Positions 1-9,610 are shown, counted from the stretch's first letter. The stretch is DNA of 64,000 nt from an uncultured Gemmatimonadota bacterium (GCA_951812955.1 OX638340.1:2400001-2464000); one strand, 5' to 3'. Translations and numbers: made by a program. The notes: generated by a model from the letters alone, not told the origin.

Positions 1-391
1 GGATACCCCCGCCTTGCCATTCAGAAGGCGCGACAGTGTTCCTCGCTCGCATCCAAGCCGGGCCGCCGGCCTTCGTCCGCGAGCGATTGGTCGAAGTGAT
101 CCAGCTTGTAGTTCTAATCTCATGCGGTCTACTGGACGCGTCGAGCGTTCACTACACAGCCTGCCTCCGTACACGCTGGCCACCCAAGCACGGTCCTGAA
201 CTAACTGTCACTTCCTTGCATGATTTCGCGTAAATAACATTTAATAGAGGGTAATTAACACACAATACACATACTTGATATGGTATATTAGTATACAGGC
301 ATCATTATGACTTTGGTTTTCGATGACCGAAGAATATACCGGGGTTTCCTCAGGCAATTGTCCGATGAAAACCAAGCCATAGACACAGGAA

Positions 392-736
392 GTGGGCAAT
401 ATGTACAGCACAACTGTATTTGCGGTGGTGCTGTTGTCCTTGGCCCTGGGCTGTAGCGGTGATAAGAACCCCATAAATCCCGAACCGCCGTCACTCCCAC
501 CACCACTCCCACCACCACCCATAACACAGGCGGACCCTGACGCATGCAAGGTCGGCCAGACACTTTCACCAGGCGAGCGTTGCAAGGTCGGCAGTGCGTG
601 GTTCTCCGTTACCGATGATGGGGGTGGTCATTACACTGACACAGGGATACATATCATCGTGGGAGAAAGCATCACACTCGGTTCTTTCATAGTCCGCCAC
701 TTAGGGGACGGTCGCTGGATTATCGAAGGAGTGTAG
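392..736 (+). CDS. small secreted lipoprotein with proline-rich segment (hypothetical)
   Basis: 114-aa ORF; hydrophobic N-terminus with lipobox-like LALGCSG; low-complexity PPSLPPPLPPPP stretch; no catalytic motif recognised. Confidence 0.4.
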   Translation: MGNMYSTTVFAVVLLSLALGCSGDKNPINPEPPSLPPPLPPPPITQADPDACKVGQTLSPGERCKVGSAWFSVTDDGGGHYTDTGIHIIVGESITLGSFIVRHLGDGRWIIEGV

Positions 737-798
737 CAATAAAAAACTATGATAACCGGCGGGAGTTGCTTAGACGATTTCCGAGGGAGGGAAATACG

Positions 799-1365
799 AT
801 GTATCGACTCATATTGTCCGCGTCAGTAGCAGTTTCAATCTTGGTTACTACGCAAGCGTTGGGCCAGCAGCCCGGGGCGTTCCTGCTGGTGGATCGTCCG
901 GCGACAAACTTGATGGCTTTAACGGACTCCGTGGCACCGGCCATCCCACAGTCGACCGAAGTGAATGAGAAAAACCCCTGGGCGGCCTTCTTTTATTCGT
1001 GGCTTATACCGGGTGGAGGCCAGTTCTATAACGATCAAGGAAAGAAGGGGCTGCTTATGCTAACAGGCGCCGCTACCGGGATCGGATTTGTGATTTATGG
1101 CATCAATGACAAGCAGGAGGAATCCTCTGAAAGTATAACGCGTACAGCAACGTCGGTTACTTTCTCGAGCCGCTACGAAGAGAGTAGCAATGATTCGGCC
1201 ATAACCATCGGGGCGGCGATCTATCTGGGAAGCGCTCTATGGTCAATGATCGACGCGCCTGTTTCTGCTAACAAAATCAACCGGGAACTACGGCAGACTT
1301 CGTTGCAGATCAACCCGGTCATTGCAGAAGATCTCGCGGGCGTGAGCCTGACACTCAAATTCTGA
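799..1365 (+). CDS. DUF5683-like membrane-associated protein (hypothetical)
   Basis: ATG at 799 preceded by GAGGGAGGG Shine-Dalgarno; signal-like N-terminus; motif WLIPGGGQFYNDQGKKG resembles the conserved PGxGQxYN core of DUF5683 proteins typical of the FCB group. Confidence 0.4.
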   Translation: MYRLILSASVAVSILVTTQALGQQPGAFLLVDRPATNLMALTDSVAPAIPQSTEVNEKNPWAAFFYSWLIPGGGQFYNDQGKKGLLMLTGAATGIGFVIYGINDKQEESSESITRTATSVTFSSRYEESSNDSAITIGAAIYLGSALWSMIDAPVSANKINRELRQTSLQINPVIAEDLAGVSLTLKF

Positions 1366-1540
1366 TTTCCCCATTCGCATGGATCATAATGAACCGTTTA
1401 CGTTCGCCGTTCACTGTGAGTTGAGATCAAAAGCATAGGGAATTATACACAATAGATCCAATATTGAACCCGACCGACTCGGGCGTACTGCCTTTAAGTC
1501 CTTGTGGGTTGTGTAGAGTGCTGTGTAAGGATTTTAGCAC

Positions 1541-4500
1541 ATGTCACAGCGTTATTTACCTACCTCGAAGTGCAGTTACCGTTTTGCCGTTTACATCATA
1601 ACCTGCGTAACCCTTCTTGGGCTGGCCACCTGCGGCAAGGATAGCCCCACCAAGACCGTTACACCGCCACAACCACCGGCGCCACAGCCTCCGACGCCAC
1701 AGCCTCCGACGACAACTCAACCCGCGCGTATAACAATCACGCCGAGATCGGCGAGTCTGTCCGCCATTGGTCAGAGGATACAACTGTCGGCCACGATTTA
1801 TGACAATCGCAATGTTCAGATCCCAGAAGCCGCAGTGTCATGGTCGAGCAACGATCCTGCCGTTGCCACAGTAGGAGCCCAAGGCCTTGTCACAGCGGTC
1901 GGCAACGGCACGGCCACAATCACCGCGCGGTCAGGAAACGCCTCAGAAACGGCATCCGTGACGGTCTTGCAGACCATCGCCAGTATCGTTGTCTTTCCCA
2001 TGCATAGCACGCTCTATGCCATAGGCGAGACCGTGCAACTAAACGCACTTGCGAGTGATAGGAGCTTGCAGAGTGTAGCCGATGCTGCCTTTACATGGAT
2101 TAGCGACAAACCTGCCGTTGCCACAGTAAGCGACCAGGGCCTAGTCACCGCGGTCAGCAAAGGCACGGCCACCATCACCGCGCGGTCAGGAAACGCCTCA
2201 GAAACTGCAACCGTGACGGTAGTCAGTAGGGACGATACAAGACTCAACCGAGAAGCCCTTGTCGCACTGTATCATAGTACGAATGGACCTGGCTGGACAA
2301 ACAGCACAAACTGGCTGAGCGATGCGCCCCTCGGAAATTGGCATGGCTTGGCTTCGTTTTTCCATGGAGAGGTGGAAGAGGTACGGCATCTTAACCTAAG
2401 GGAGAACAATCTCCAAGGCAAGATCCCACCCGAAATCGGGCAACTGCAGAGCCTAGTAAGTCTGGGGCTCTCCAACAACCAGTTGACCGGAAATATCCCA
2501 CCCGAAATCGGGCAACTCAATGAACTGACAAGCATGGAACTCTCCAACAACCAGTTGAGCGGATATATCCCATCCGAAATCGGGCAATTGCAGAAATTGA
2601 CAAGCATGGGCCTCTACAACAACCAGTTGACCGGAAACATACCATCCGAAATCGGGCAATTGCGAAAATTGACAAGCATGGGCCTCTACAACAACCAGTT
2701 GACCGGAAACATACCATCCGAAATCGGGCAATTGCAGGAATTGACCTTCCTGGGCCTCTACAACAACCAATTGACCGGAAACATACCAACCGAAATCGGG
2801 CAATTGCAGGAACTAACGCGCCTGGACCTCTCCAACAACCAGTTGACCGGAAACATACCAACCGAAATCGGGCAACTGCAGGAGCTTACAGAACTATTCC
2901 TTGGGTATAATTCTGGCCTTACCGGTCCACTGTCTGTAGAGCTCATCATGCTGTCCAATCTAGAGTTTTTTTATATACATAATACGCAGATATGCATTCC
3001 GCAAACATCTCAGTATCTGGCATGGTTTGAAGGTATACGAAACAGGTCAGGAGGTTTATACTGCCCCGCTCCTCATAGAGACTCCCTGATCGCACTGTAT
3101 GACCGGACGGATGGTCCCAACTGGACAAACAGCACGAATTGGAAAAGCCTTGATCCGCTGGACCAGTGGTACGGTATTACTGTTGACGGAGAAGGTCAGG
3201 TTACGGGACTTTCCCTGGAGAACAACAACCTGAACGGAGCGGTACCCCATCATCTGAGTGATCTTTCAAATCTCAAGATCCTCAACTTGTCGTTCAATCC
3301 AGGTCTAACGGGAATCCTGCCTGCTTCAGTGTCGCGCCTGGAACTGGAAGAACTGGAACTGGATGGTACACAGGTCTGCGCGCCTGCGGACACCGAATTT
3401 CAACAGTGGCTGGCTGATATCCCGCAACGTACTGTTACCAACTGTACCGATCTGCGACCGGACTATTATGCATTGGCCGGGCTGTATTTCAACACCACTG
3501 GACAGAACTGGACAAACAACACGAACTGGTTGAGCGACAGGCCGCTTAACACATGGTTCGGCGTGCAGACTAATTCAAGCGAAGAAGTCACGGGGCTGGA
3601 CTTAAAGGAGAACAATCTCGCGGGAGCTATCCCATCTGAAATTGGACAACTACAAAAACTTGAAAATCTGTACCTTTATAGGAACCAGTTGTCGGGCAGC
3701 ATACCCCAGGAAATCGGGCAATTGCAGGAACTGAGATTCCTGGATCTTTCTGATAATCGATTGGCAGGAGATTTACCACCCGAAATCTGGCGACTACAGA
3801 AACTCGAAAATCTGTTCCTTTATGGCAACCAGTTGTCGGGCAGCATACCACCCGAAATTGGACAACTACAGAAACTCGAAAATCTGTTCCTTTATGGCAA
3901 CCAGTTGTCGGGCAGCATACCCCAGGAAATCGGGCAATTGCAGGAACTGAGATTTTTGTATCTTTCTGATAATCGATTGGCAGGAGATTTACCACCCGAA
4001 ATCTGGCGACTACAGAATCTTAGGGCACTGGCTATTCGTGGCGATGCCTATAACCGGGATTCAGGCATCCAGTTGACGGGTATCATACCAGCTGAAGTAG
4101 CTCAGCTGGAAAACCTCGAAACTCTGAATCTCGAGTTTAACAGGTTAACGGGAAATATACCTCCCGAGATCGGAGACTTACAGAAACTCCGATATCTTAG
4201 ACTTGGTGGCAATCGGTTAACCGGGACAATCCCTTCTGAAATCGGAAAACTCCATAATCTGGTAGACCTGATACTTTCTAACAATCGCTTGACGGGGAAC
4301 ATTCCATCCAATATCGGGCAACTTCCGACCCTCGTGACACTTGATCTTTCCAGGAACGAACTGGAGGGTTCCATACCGGCTGAAATAGGAGGTCTACAAT
4401 CCCTTACACAATTGACGCTTAGCAACAACCAGTTGACCGGAACCATTCCAACAGAATTCGCGGGACTTGGCATGCTGGAAGTGCTACGCGTATCATTTAA

Positions 4501-6214
4501 TCGACTGTCGGGCAGTATCCCTGACTCCTTCGGCGATCTGGCCAACTTGAGATATCTGGGACTTACGGACAATGCCAACTTGTCTGGCACGCTGCCCCTA
4601 TCTCTTATCGGTCTGAATCTCGATGATCTGCTGCTCGGTGGCACGATGCTGTGCGCGCCTGAGATTACAGAGATCCAGGACTGGCTGCGGGAGATACCCA
4701 ATAGCCGCGTTTCCCGTTGCGACACCATTAACCTCCGATCTGTAGCTTACCTTACGCAGGCAGTGCAGACGCTGGAGTATCCGGTTCCCCTGGTAGCTGG
4801 TGAGGATGCACTCCTTCGCGTCTTCGTCACGTCCGAAACGGATATGGACGCCTATATGCCCCTGGTGCGAGCAACTTTTTACGAAGGTAGCGCCGAGGTG
4901 CATACCGTGGACATGCCGAGCCAGGAAACGCCCATACCCACGGAGGTCGATGAGGGCGACCTTTCGTCCTCAGCCAACGCACGCATTCCCGGGTCGGTGC
5001 TGACGCCCGGACTGGAGATGGTCATCGAGATCGATCCTGAAGGCGAGTTGGACCCCGCTCTTGGCATAAACGGACGATTGCCAGCGGAAGGACGGATAGC
5101 CATCGATGTACGAGAAATGCCTCCTTTCGATCTGACGATGGTACCTTTTCTGTGGACGGAGAACCCGGACAGGTCCATCCTGGCGCGGGTGGAAGGCCTG
5201 ACTGCCGATTCCGAACTCTTTCGACTTACACGCGATATCCTGCCGGTAGGTGAGTTTTATCTCACCATTCGCGAGCCTGTATGGACTTCGGTGGAGCCAA
5301 CCCCCCACAATTTTGGATCTACCTTTCGTGAGACAGTCACTATACATGCTATGGACGGCGCCGGCGGACACTATATGGGGGTTCTCACAGGGAGCGGTAC
5401 CGGGCTGGCCAATGCTCCGGGAGTAGTGAGTGTCTCAACGCTTGATAACATGGTTATCGCCCATGAACTTGGCCACAACATGAGCCTGGGGCATGCTCCG
5501 TGTGAAATCGGCAGCAACGATCATTTTATAGACCCCGATTATCCCTATCCAGTTTCGGCAGTTGGAGTTTGGGGATACGATCTGCTCAATGAGATGCCTG
5601 TGCAACCTGATACAAAAGAAGTTATGGGCTGTGGTAGCTGGATCAGCGATTACTTCTTCACCAAGGCTATAGGCTATCGATACTATCAAGAAAACGAAAC
5701 TTTGTTCTCCGCGGCATATGAACCACCAGTTCGAGGCCTGCTGCTCTGGGGTGGCGTGAACAGCGACGGTGAAGTTTTACTGGAACCGGCCTTTGTGGTT
5801 GACGCATCACCGTCTTTGCCCGACCTGTATGGGCCGTATCTACTGTCCGGCGAGGATGATGTCGGCGGCACGCTGTTCAGCCTCTCCTTCGGCATGGCCG
5901 AGATCGCAGACGGTGATGGCGAGAGAGCCTTCGCCTTCATCATTCCGGCGAGTACTGAGTGGTCAAACCGGCTTACGCACCTCACGCTGTCAGGGCCTGA
6001 GGGTGTCGCGACACTGGGCGGTGATGGGGGGTTGGAAGAGGAGCCTGCCGCCGCACTCCTGCTGGATCCCACCACGGGCAAAGTGAGAGGCCTCCTGCGC
6101 GACTGGCCGGTGCCGGGGATTACGGCTGTTTCAGCAAGGCGTGTGTTGCCTGAGCCGGGACTGGAGGTTTTTATCAGTTCGGGGGTGCCTGCTCCCGCCG
6201 ACTGGAGGCGGTAA
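1541..6214 (+). CDS. giant secreted lipoprotein: two Big_2 Ig-like domains, three LRRNT-capped plant-type LRR arrays, C-terminal M66/StcE-like zinc metallopeptidase domain
   Basis: 1557-aa ORF; signal peptide with lipobox LATCGKD; Pro-rich linker; duplicated Big_2-like units (ITARSGNASETA[ST]VTV twice); three cap motifs ALYxxTxGPxWTNxTNWLSDxPLxxWxGV each followed by 24-aa repeats LxxLxLxxNxLxGxIPxEIGQLQxL; C-terminal HELGHNMSLGH matches the extended zinc motif HE[VL]GHNxxLGH of peptidase M66 (StcE). Confidence 0.8.
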   Translation: MSQRYLPTSKCSYRFAVYIITCVTLLGLATCGKDSPTKTVTPPQPPAPQPPTPQPPTTTQPARITITPRSASLSAIGQRIQLSATIYDNRNVQIPEAAVSWSSNDPAVATVGAQGLVTAVGNGTATITARSGNASETASVTVLQTIASIVVFPMHSTLYAIGETVQLNALASDRSLQSVADAAFTWISDKPAVATVSDQGLVTAVSKGTATITARSGNASETATVTVVSRDDTRLNREALVALYHSTNGPGWTNSTNWLSDAPLGNWHGLASFFHGEVEEVRHLNLRENNLQGKIPPEIGQLQSLVSLGLSNNQLTGNIPPEIGQLNELTSMELSNNQLSGYIPSEIGQLQKLTSMGLYNNQLTGNIPSEIGQLRKLTSMGLYNNQLTGNIPSEIGQLQELTFLGLYNNQLTGNIPTEIGQLQELTRLDLSNNQLTGNIPTEIGQLQELTELFLGYNSGLTGPLSVELIMLSNLEFFYIHNTQICIPQTSQYLAWFEGIRNRSGGLYCPAPHRDSLIALYDRTDGPNWTNSTNWKSLDPLDQWYGITVDGEGQVTGLSLENNNLNGAVPHHLSDLSNLKILNLSFNPGLTGILPASVSRLELEELELDGTQVCAPADTEFQQWLADIPQRTVTNCTDLRPDYYALAGLYFNTTGQNWTNNTNWLSDRPLNTWFGVQTNSSEEVTGLDLKENNLAGAIPSEIGQLQKLENLYLYRNQLSGSIPQEIGQLQELRFLDLSDNRLAGDLPPEIWRLQKLENLFLYGNQLSGSIPPEIGQLQKLENLFLYGNQLSGSIPQEIGQLQELRFLYLSDNRLAGDLPPEIWRLQNLRALAIRGDAYNRDSGIQLTGIIPAEVAQLENLETLNLEFNRLTGNIPPEIGDLQKLRYLRLGGNRLTGTIPSEIGKLHNLVDLILSNNRLTGNIPSNIGQLPTLVTLDLSRNELEGSIPAEIGGLQSLTQLTLSNNQLTGTIPTEFAGLGMLEVLRVSFNRLSGSIPDSFGDLANLRYLGLTDNANLSGTLPLSLIGLNLDDLLLGGTMLCAPEITEIQDWLREIPNSRVSRCDTINLRSVAYLTQAVQTLEYPVPLVAGEDALLRVFVTSETDMDAYMPLVRATFYEGSAEVHTVDMPSQETPIPTEVDEGDLSSSANARIPGSVLTPGLEMVIEIDPEGELDPALGINGRLPAEGRIAIDVREMPPFDLTMVPFLWTENPDRSILARVEGLTADSELFRLTRDILPVGEFYLTIREPVWTSVEPTPHNFGSTFRETVTIHAMDGAGGHYMGVLTGSGTGLANAPGVVSVSTLDNMVIAHELGHNMSLGHAPCEIGSNDHFIDPDYPYPVSAVGVWGYDLLNEMPVQPDTKEVMGCGSWISDYFFTKAIGYRYYQENETLFSAAYEPPVRGLLLWGGVNSDGEVLLEPAFVVDASPSLPDLYGPYLLSGEDDVGGTLFSLSFGMAEIADGDGERAFAFIIPASTEWSNRLTHLTLSGPEGVATLGGDGGLEEEPAAALLLDPTTGKVRGLLRDWPVPGITAVSARRVLPEPGLEVFISSGVPAPADWRR
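2390..2900. repeat. near-identical 72-bp tandem repeats (encode 24-aa LRR units) inside the LRR gene, first array
   Basis: repeated DNA unit ...caaccagttgaccggaaacataccatccgaaatcgggcaattgca... visible at least 7 times; generates strings of antisense shadow ORFs. Confidence 0.85.
3640..4030. repeat. 72-bp tandem repeats (LRR units), third array of the same gene
   Basis: repeated ...ctttatggcaaccagttgtcgggcagcatacc(a/c)c(c/a)ggaaat(t/c)gg(a/g)caa(c/t)t(a/g)cag... units. Confidence 0.8.
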
Positions 6215-6264
6215 CAGTTGGTTGTCCCCTTGTCGCATTCGCCGAACGTCGAGGATGTTTTCAG

Positions 6265-7332
6265 TCATTCGGTACCAATCCCCTTATCCCATGGAACATC
6301 CGACAGCCAGGGCCCGATCTGGTCCCCGTAAGCGAAGATAGCCGGCAGTCCACCCGTATGGATGAACAGCACCCGGCTACCCGCAGGGATAACGCCTGAA
6401 CGCACGTGTTCGATCAGTCCCGCCATCGTCTTGCCGGTGTAGACCGGGTCGAGGAGCAGCCCCTCCTGACGTGCCGCAAGGGCGATCGCTTCGCGCGCGA
6501 CTTCGTTGAGCCGGCCATAACCGGGCGCTAGCACGCCGTCAAACGCCATCACGTCACCCGCGTCGAACGCCTCCGGCTGTTCGATCATCGCGGCCAGTTG
6601 CTCCGCCACTTTACTCACCCGCGCCACCTGGCTGCCGGCATCGCGTCGCACGCAGATGCCGTACACGGGCACGTTGACGCCCAAGGCCCGCAGCCCTACC
6701 AGGATACCCGCGTGGGTCAGGGCGCTGCCCGTGGGACAGACCACGGCGTCGAATTCCAGCTCGAGGGACCGGGCCTGTGACAGGGTCTCCTCGGCCGCGA
6801 TGACGTATCCGAGCGCACCGATCGGAGGATGGGCGGGGGCGAGATGGATGACGTAGGGCCTGCGGCCCTCCTCTTCGAGCGATTGGGCAAGCAGGTCCAG
6901 CGCCGCGTCCGCCGCGGGCTCATCATCGCCGACCGGGAAGGAATGCAGCTTCGCGCCGAAGAGGCGGTCGAGCAATACGTTGCCAGAAGTACGGTAAAGG
7001 TTGTCCACGTCGGACACGCGCTCTTCCAGCTGGATGTGTGTCTCCATGCCAAGTCGGCGTCCGGCGGCCGCGGCCACGCGGACGTAGTTCGACTGCACCG
7101 CGCTGGTGATCAACAGGGTGTCGGCATCCCGGGACTGCGCCTCGCCCAGGGGGAATTCGATTTGGCGGACCTTGTTTCCGCCCATCACCAGTCCCGTGCA
7201 GTCGTCGCGCTTGATCCACAGCTCGATGCCGAGTTCCGCGCCGAGGCGTGGCGCGGCCTCGAGCGGCGTGGGCGCGTGACATAGCCGGACCCGGGGGAAC
7301 TTGTCGATGGCCTTGGAAAGTCGACTGGGCAT
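6265..7332 (-). CDS. PLP-dependent ACC deaminase / D-cysteine desulfhydrase family enzyme
   Basis: 355 aa; N-terminus TPLEAAPRLGAELGIELWIKRDDCTGLVMGGNKVRQIEF typical of the DcyD/AcdS fold-type II PLP family. Confidence 0.8.
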   Translation of the reverse strand: MPSRLSKAIDKFPRVRLCHAPTPLEAAPRLGAELGIELWIKRDDCTGLVMGGNKVRQIEFPLGEAQSRDADTLLITSAVQSNYVRVAAAAGRRLGMETHIQLEERVSDVDNLYRTSGNVLLDRLFGAKLHSFPVGDDEPAADAALDLLAQSLEEEGRRPYVIHLAPAHPPIGALGYVIAAEETLSQARSLELEFDAVVCPTGSALTHAGILVGLRALGVNVPVYGICVRRDAGSQVARVSKVAEQLAAMIEQPEAFDAGDVMAFDGVLAPGYGRLNEVAREAIALAARQEGLLLDPVYTGKTMAGLIEHVRSGVIPAGSRVLFIHTGGLPAIFAYGDQIGPWLSDVPWDKGIGTE

Positions 7333-7365
7333 GATGGTTTTGCTCGGTTTTCAGATTAACATCTC

Positions 7366-7523
7366 GACCCGGCCGGTCCGGTTTATTACTCAGGGTAAAC
7401 CGGGTTTCCGGAATCGACCGGGTTTCCGGAATCGACCGGGTTTCCGGGTTCGACTTGTATCCGGGCTCGACCGGATTCTCGGATCAGGCGGGTTGCCCGG
7501 ACGAACCGGTTTCCCACGCGGAC
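7366..7523. repeat. degenerate 18-bp direct-repeat array (about 7 units, consensus CCGGGTTTCCGGAATCGA) upstream of the DcyD-like gene
   Basis: units at 7400-7417 and 7418-7435 are identical, followed by progressively diverged copies; no spacers of unique sequence. Confidence 0.7.
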
Positions 7524-9025
7524 TTGAGTTCGTGGACGGTCAGCGATACGATGCGCGCGCCGCCGCTGTCCGACCGCAACGCCAGAGCGTGATTGGCCGC
7601 TGCCGGCAGGAAGCAGAATGACATGGACAATTCCCCACCGTTACCGAAGATCTCCAGGGAGGTGCGGTCGACCAGGAGCTGGAGCCGCACGCGCCGCCCG
7701 ATGGTCCTCAGGTCCGCGCTCCTTCCCATGCACGAAAGGGTCTGCCTTGCCGCGTCGTATGCCACATCGTGGCCCTGCACTTCGATGGTGAATCCCTTTC
7801 CTTCGCCGATTGCGTTGTCGGCTTGGCGCCCTTCAGCACCGCACACCTCGATCTCCATGCACACGTCGAACAGGTCGCCCTCTTCCGCAAGCACCAGCCG
7901 GCTTTCCGAGTCGCGCAGGCTCGTTACCGCGTAACTGCCGATCTCACCCCTGCCGTATTGCCGTCGAAACTGTTCGGCCGCCATTGCAGCCAGGTCACCG
8001 CCCGGCCAGTTGCGAGTCCCTGTATGAAGCAGTTCGATCTCCCTCACCGGCTCGCGGCACAGCCGTATACCCACCGGCAACGTCCTGAGCGTCAGCTCCA
8101 CCGGGAAGGTCATCTGCTGGTTGAAGGGCATGGCCGGGTATTTGCCGTCCCGCATCCACGAGATCTGGATCCGCCGTCCGTCCTCCGACGGGAGGTCGCT
8201 CCAGGTCTGGGCGGCATATCCGTTGGCGCCCTCTTCCGCCTGGAGGACGTCCGTTTCCGGCGTGAAGGTCTTGCCGTCGAAGCGCCCGAGCAGGTAACCG
8301 CCGCTCGCGCCCCAGAATACCCAACGCGTGTCCGAGGGATCTCCGTCCACCGGCAGTTCGAAGAAATCTGGACATTCAGACACGCCGGGCAGGGTCAGGT
8401 CCTGCAGACGCGTCCACGACCTGAGGTCCGGGGACGAGAACAGGGCGTAGTCGTTGCCGTCCATGAACAGGGTCATGATCCATCGCGCGGTCGGTTCGTA
8501 CCAGACCACCTTCGGATCCCGGTTCTCCGAACGGATATGCCCGATAACGGGATTGCCCGCATATTTCATCCACGTCCGGCCGCGATCATTGCTGTGGGCT
8601 ATACATTGTATACACCGCTTACCGGGGAACATCCTTTCGCCCCCCGCCGTGTAGAAGGCGATCAGGGGCGGATCATCTCCGTCCTGGAACCCGCCGGTAT
8701 TTTGATGGTCCACCGCCGCGGAACCCGACCACATCCATCCCGTGTCGTCCACGTCCAGCGCGGCGATATGGAGCTGCTTCCAGTGGACGAGGTCGGTGCT
8801 GACCGCGTGGCCCCACGTCGTGCGCCCGTGCACCATACTGCCCGGCGTGTGCTGGAAGTAAAGATGGTACTCCCCGTCGAAATAAACCAGTCCGTTGGGA
8901 TCGTTGATCCAGTGCTGCTTCGCCGTGAAGTGAAACTGGGGGCGGAGAGTTTCCCGGTAGAGGGTGTCGTTGGGCATCGCAGCGCCATTAGGTTTCGCTG
9001 ATTGGCCGGTCAGGATTCGCTCCAC
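7484..9025 (-). CDS. glycoside hydrolase family 32 (beta-fructofuranosidase / sucrose-6-phosphate hydrolase-like), cytoplasmic
   Basis: motifs HWINDPNGLVYFDGEYHLYFQ (catalytic nucleophile block), RDPKVVWYE (RDP) and ECPDFFEL (EC); no signal peptide; alternative start at 8977 (MPNDTLYRE). Confidence 0.9.
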   Translation of the reverse strand: MERILTGQSAKPNGAAMPNDTLYRETLRPQFHFTAKQHWINDPNGLVYFDGEYHLYFQHTPGSMVHGRTTWGHAVSTDLVHWKQLHIAALDVDDTGWMWSGSAAVDHQNTGGFQDGDDPPLIAFYTAGGERMFPGKRCIQCIAHSNDRGRTWMKYAGNPVIGHIRSENRDPKVVWYEPTARWIMTLFMDGNDYALFSSPDLRSWTRLQDLTLPGVSECPDFFELPVDGDPSDTRWVFWGASGGYLLGRFDGKTFTPETDVLQAEEGANGYAAQTWSDLPSEDGRRIQISWMRDGKYPAMPFNQQMTFPVELTLRTLPVGIRLCREPVREIELLHTGTRNWPGGDLAAMAAEQFRRQYGRGEIGSYAVTSLRDSESRLVLAEEGDLFDVCMEIEVCGAEGRQADNAIGEGKGFTIEVQGHDVAYDAARQTLSCMGRSADLRTIGRRVRLQLLVDRTSLEIFGNGGELSMSFCFLPAAANHALALRSDSGGARIVSLTVHELKSAWETGSSGQPA

Positions 9026-9047
9026 CGTTCGCTTTTGACGCCGCGAA

Positions 9048-9596
9048 TCACACGTTCGTCTCGATCAGCGTAACGCTGTGGGGATCCAGCAGGGTATAGT
9101 CCACGACTTCGAATCGGTTGCCGTCGACGTCGGTGAGCAAAAGCCGCGTATCCGAGGCCCAGTGGGTGTTCTCGTGGCCGCGGATGACGAACTCCCGTCT
9201 GCCCCGGTCGGTCATGACGTTCCAGTAGGTGACGCCGTACTCCATCTGAATGGAGTCAATGCGCTGTATCGTGGCGCGCAGGTACCGGTGGTCCAGCTCT
9301 TCCTCGATGACCTTGCGGGAATCTTCGTCCAGGTCGTCCATGTCCCGGATGAAGGCCACTTCCTCGTTCTTTATGTCCAGGAGCGACACGTACCGGTCGG
9401 TGTGGGCCAGGGGCGAGGCCTGGACCGGCCGGACGCGTATATAGGACCGCTCGGCGCCGACCGTCATGCGCACCGTGTTCGTCGGCGCCCGGAAGACCCG
9501 TATCTCGTGAGCCTGATAGGGTTCGACGGGGGCGTTCTCGATGCCCGTCTCGAATTCAAAGCTGTCCGGCGCGTCTACGCCTGGTTCATCCGGCAT
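9048..9596 (-). CDS. small acidic cytosolic protein, hypothetical; last gene of the ABC exporter operon (possibly DUF1854-like, recalled from memory)
   Basis: 182-aa ORF, starts 14 bp downstream of the upstream ABC gene stop; no TM segments; no catalytic motif recognised. Confidence 0.5.
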   Translation of the reverse strand: MPDEPGVDAPDSFEFETGIENAPVEPYQAHEIRVFRAPTNTVRMTVGAERSYIRVRPVQASPLAHTDRYVSLLDIKNEEVAFIRDMDDLDEDSRKVIEEELDHRYLRATIQRIDSIQMEYGVTYWNVMTDRGRREFVIRGHENTHWASDTRLLLTDVDGNRFEVVDYTLLDPHSVTLIETNV

Positions 9597-9610
9597 TTCT
9601 ATCTCCCCGC

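Noticed and set aside
14-233. Two overlapping 61-65-aa ORFs at the left edge
   Set aside because: No start context, no motifs, overlapping frames. Probably non-coding or the tail of a gene outside the window
2272-3995. Several 100-120-aa ORFs on the minus strand with internally repetitive proteins (for example 2453-2803, 2517-2861, 3627-3995)
   Set aside because: They are antisense shadows of the near-identical 72-bp LRR repeats in the plus-strand giant gene. Repetition propagates open frames and there is no independent coding evidence
7366-7523. Possible CRISPR array (regular 18-bp repeats)
   Set aside because: Repeats are directly adjacent with no unique spacers, the unit is too short, and copies are degenerate. 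It is an iteron/slippage-type tandem repeat, not CRISPR
7769-9001. 410-aa ORF on the plus strand
   Set aside because: Antisense to the GH32 gene with its WINDPNG/RDP/EC motifs
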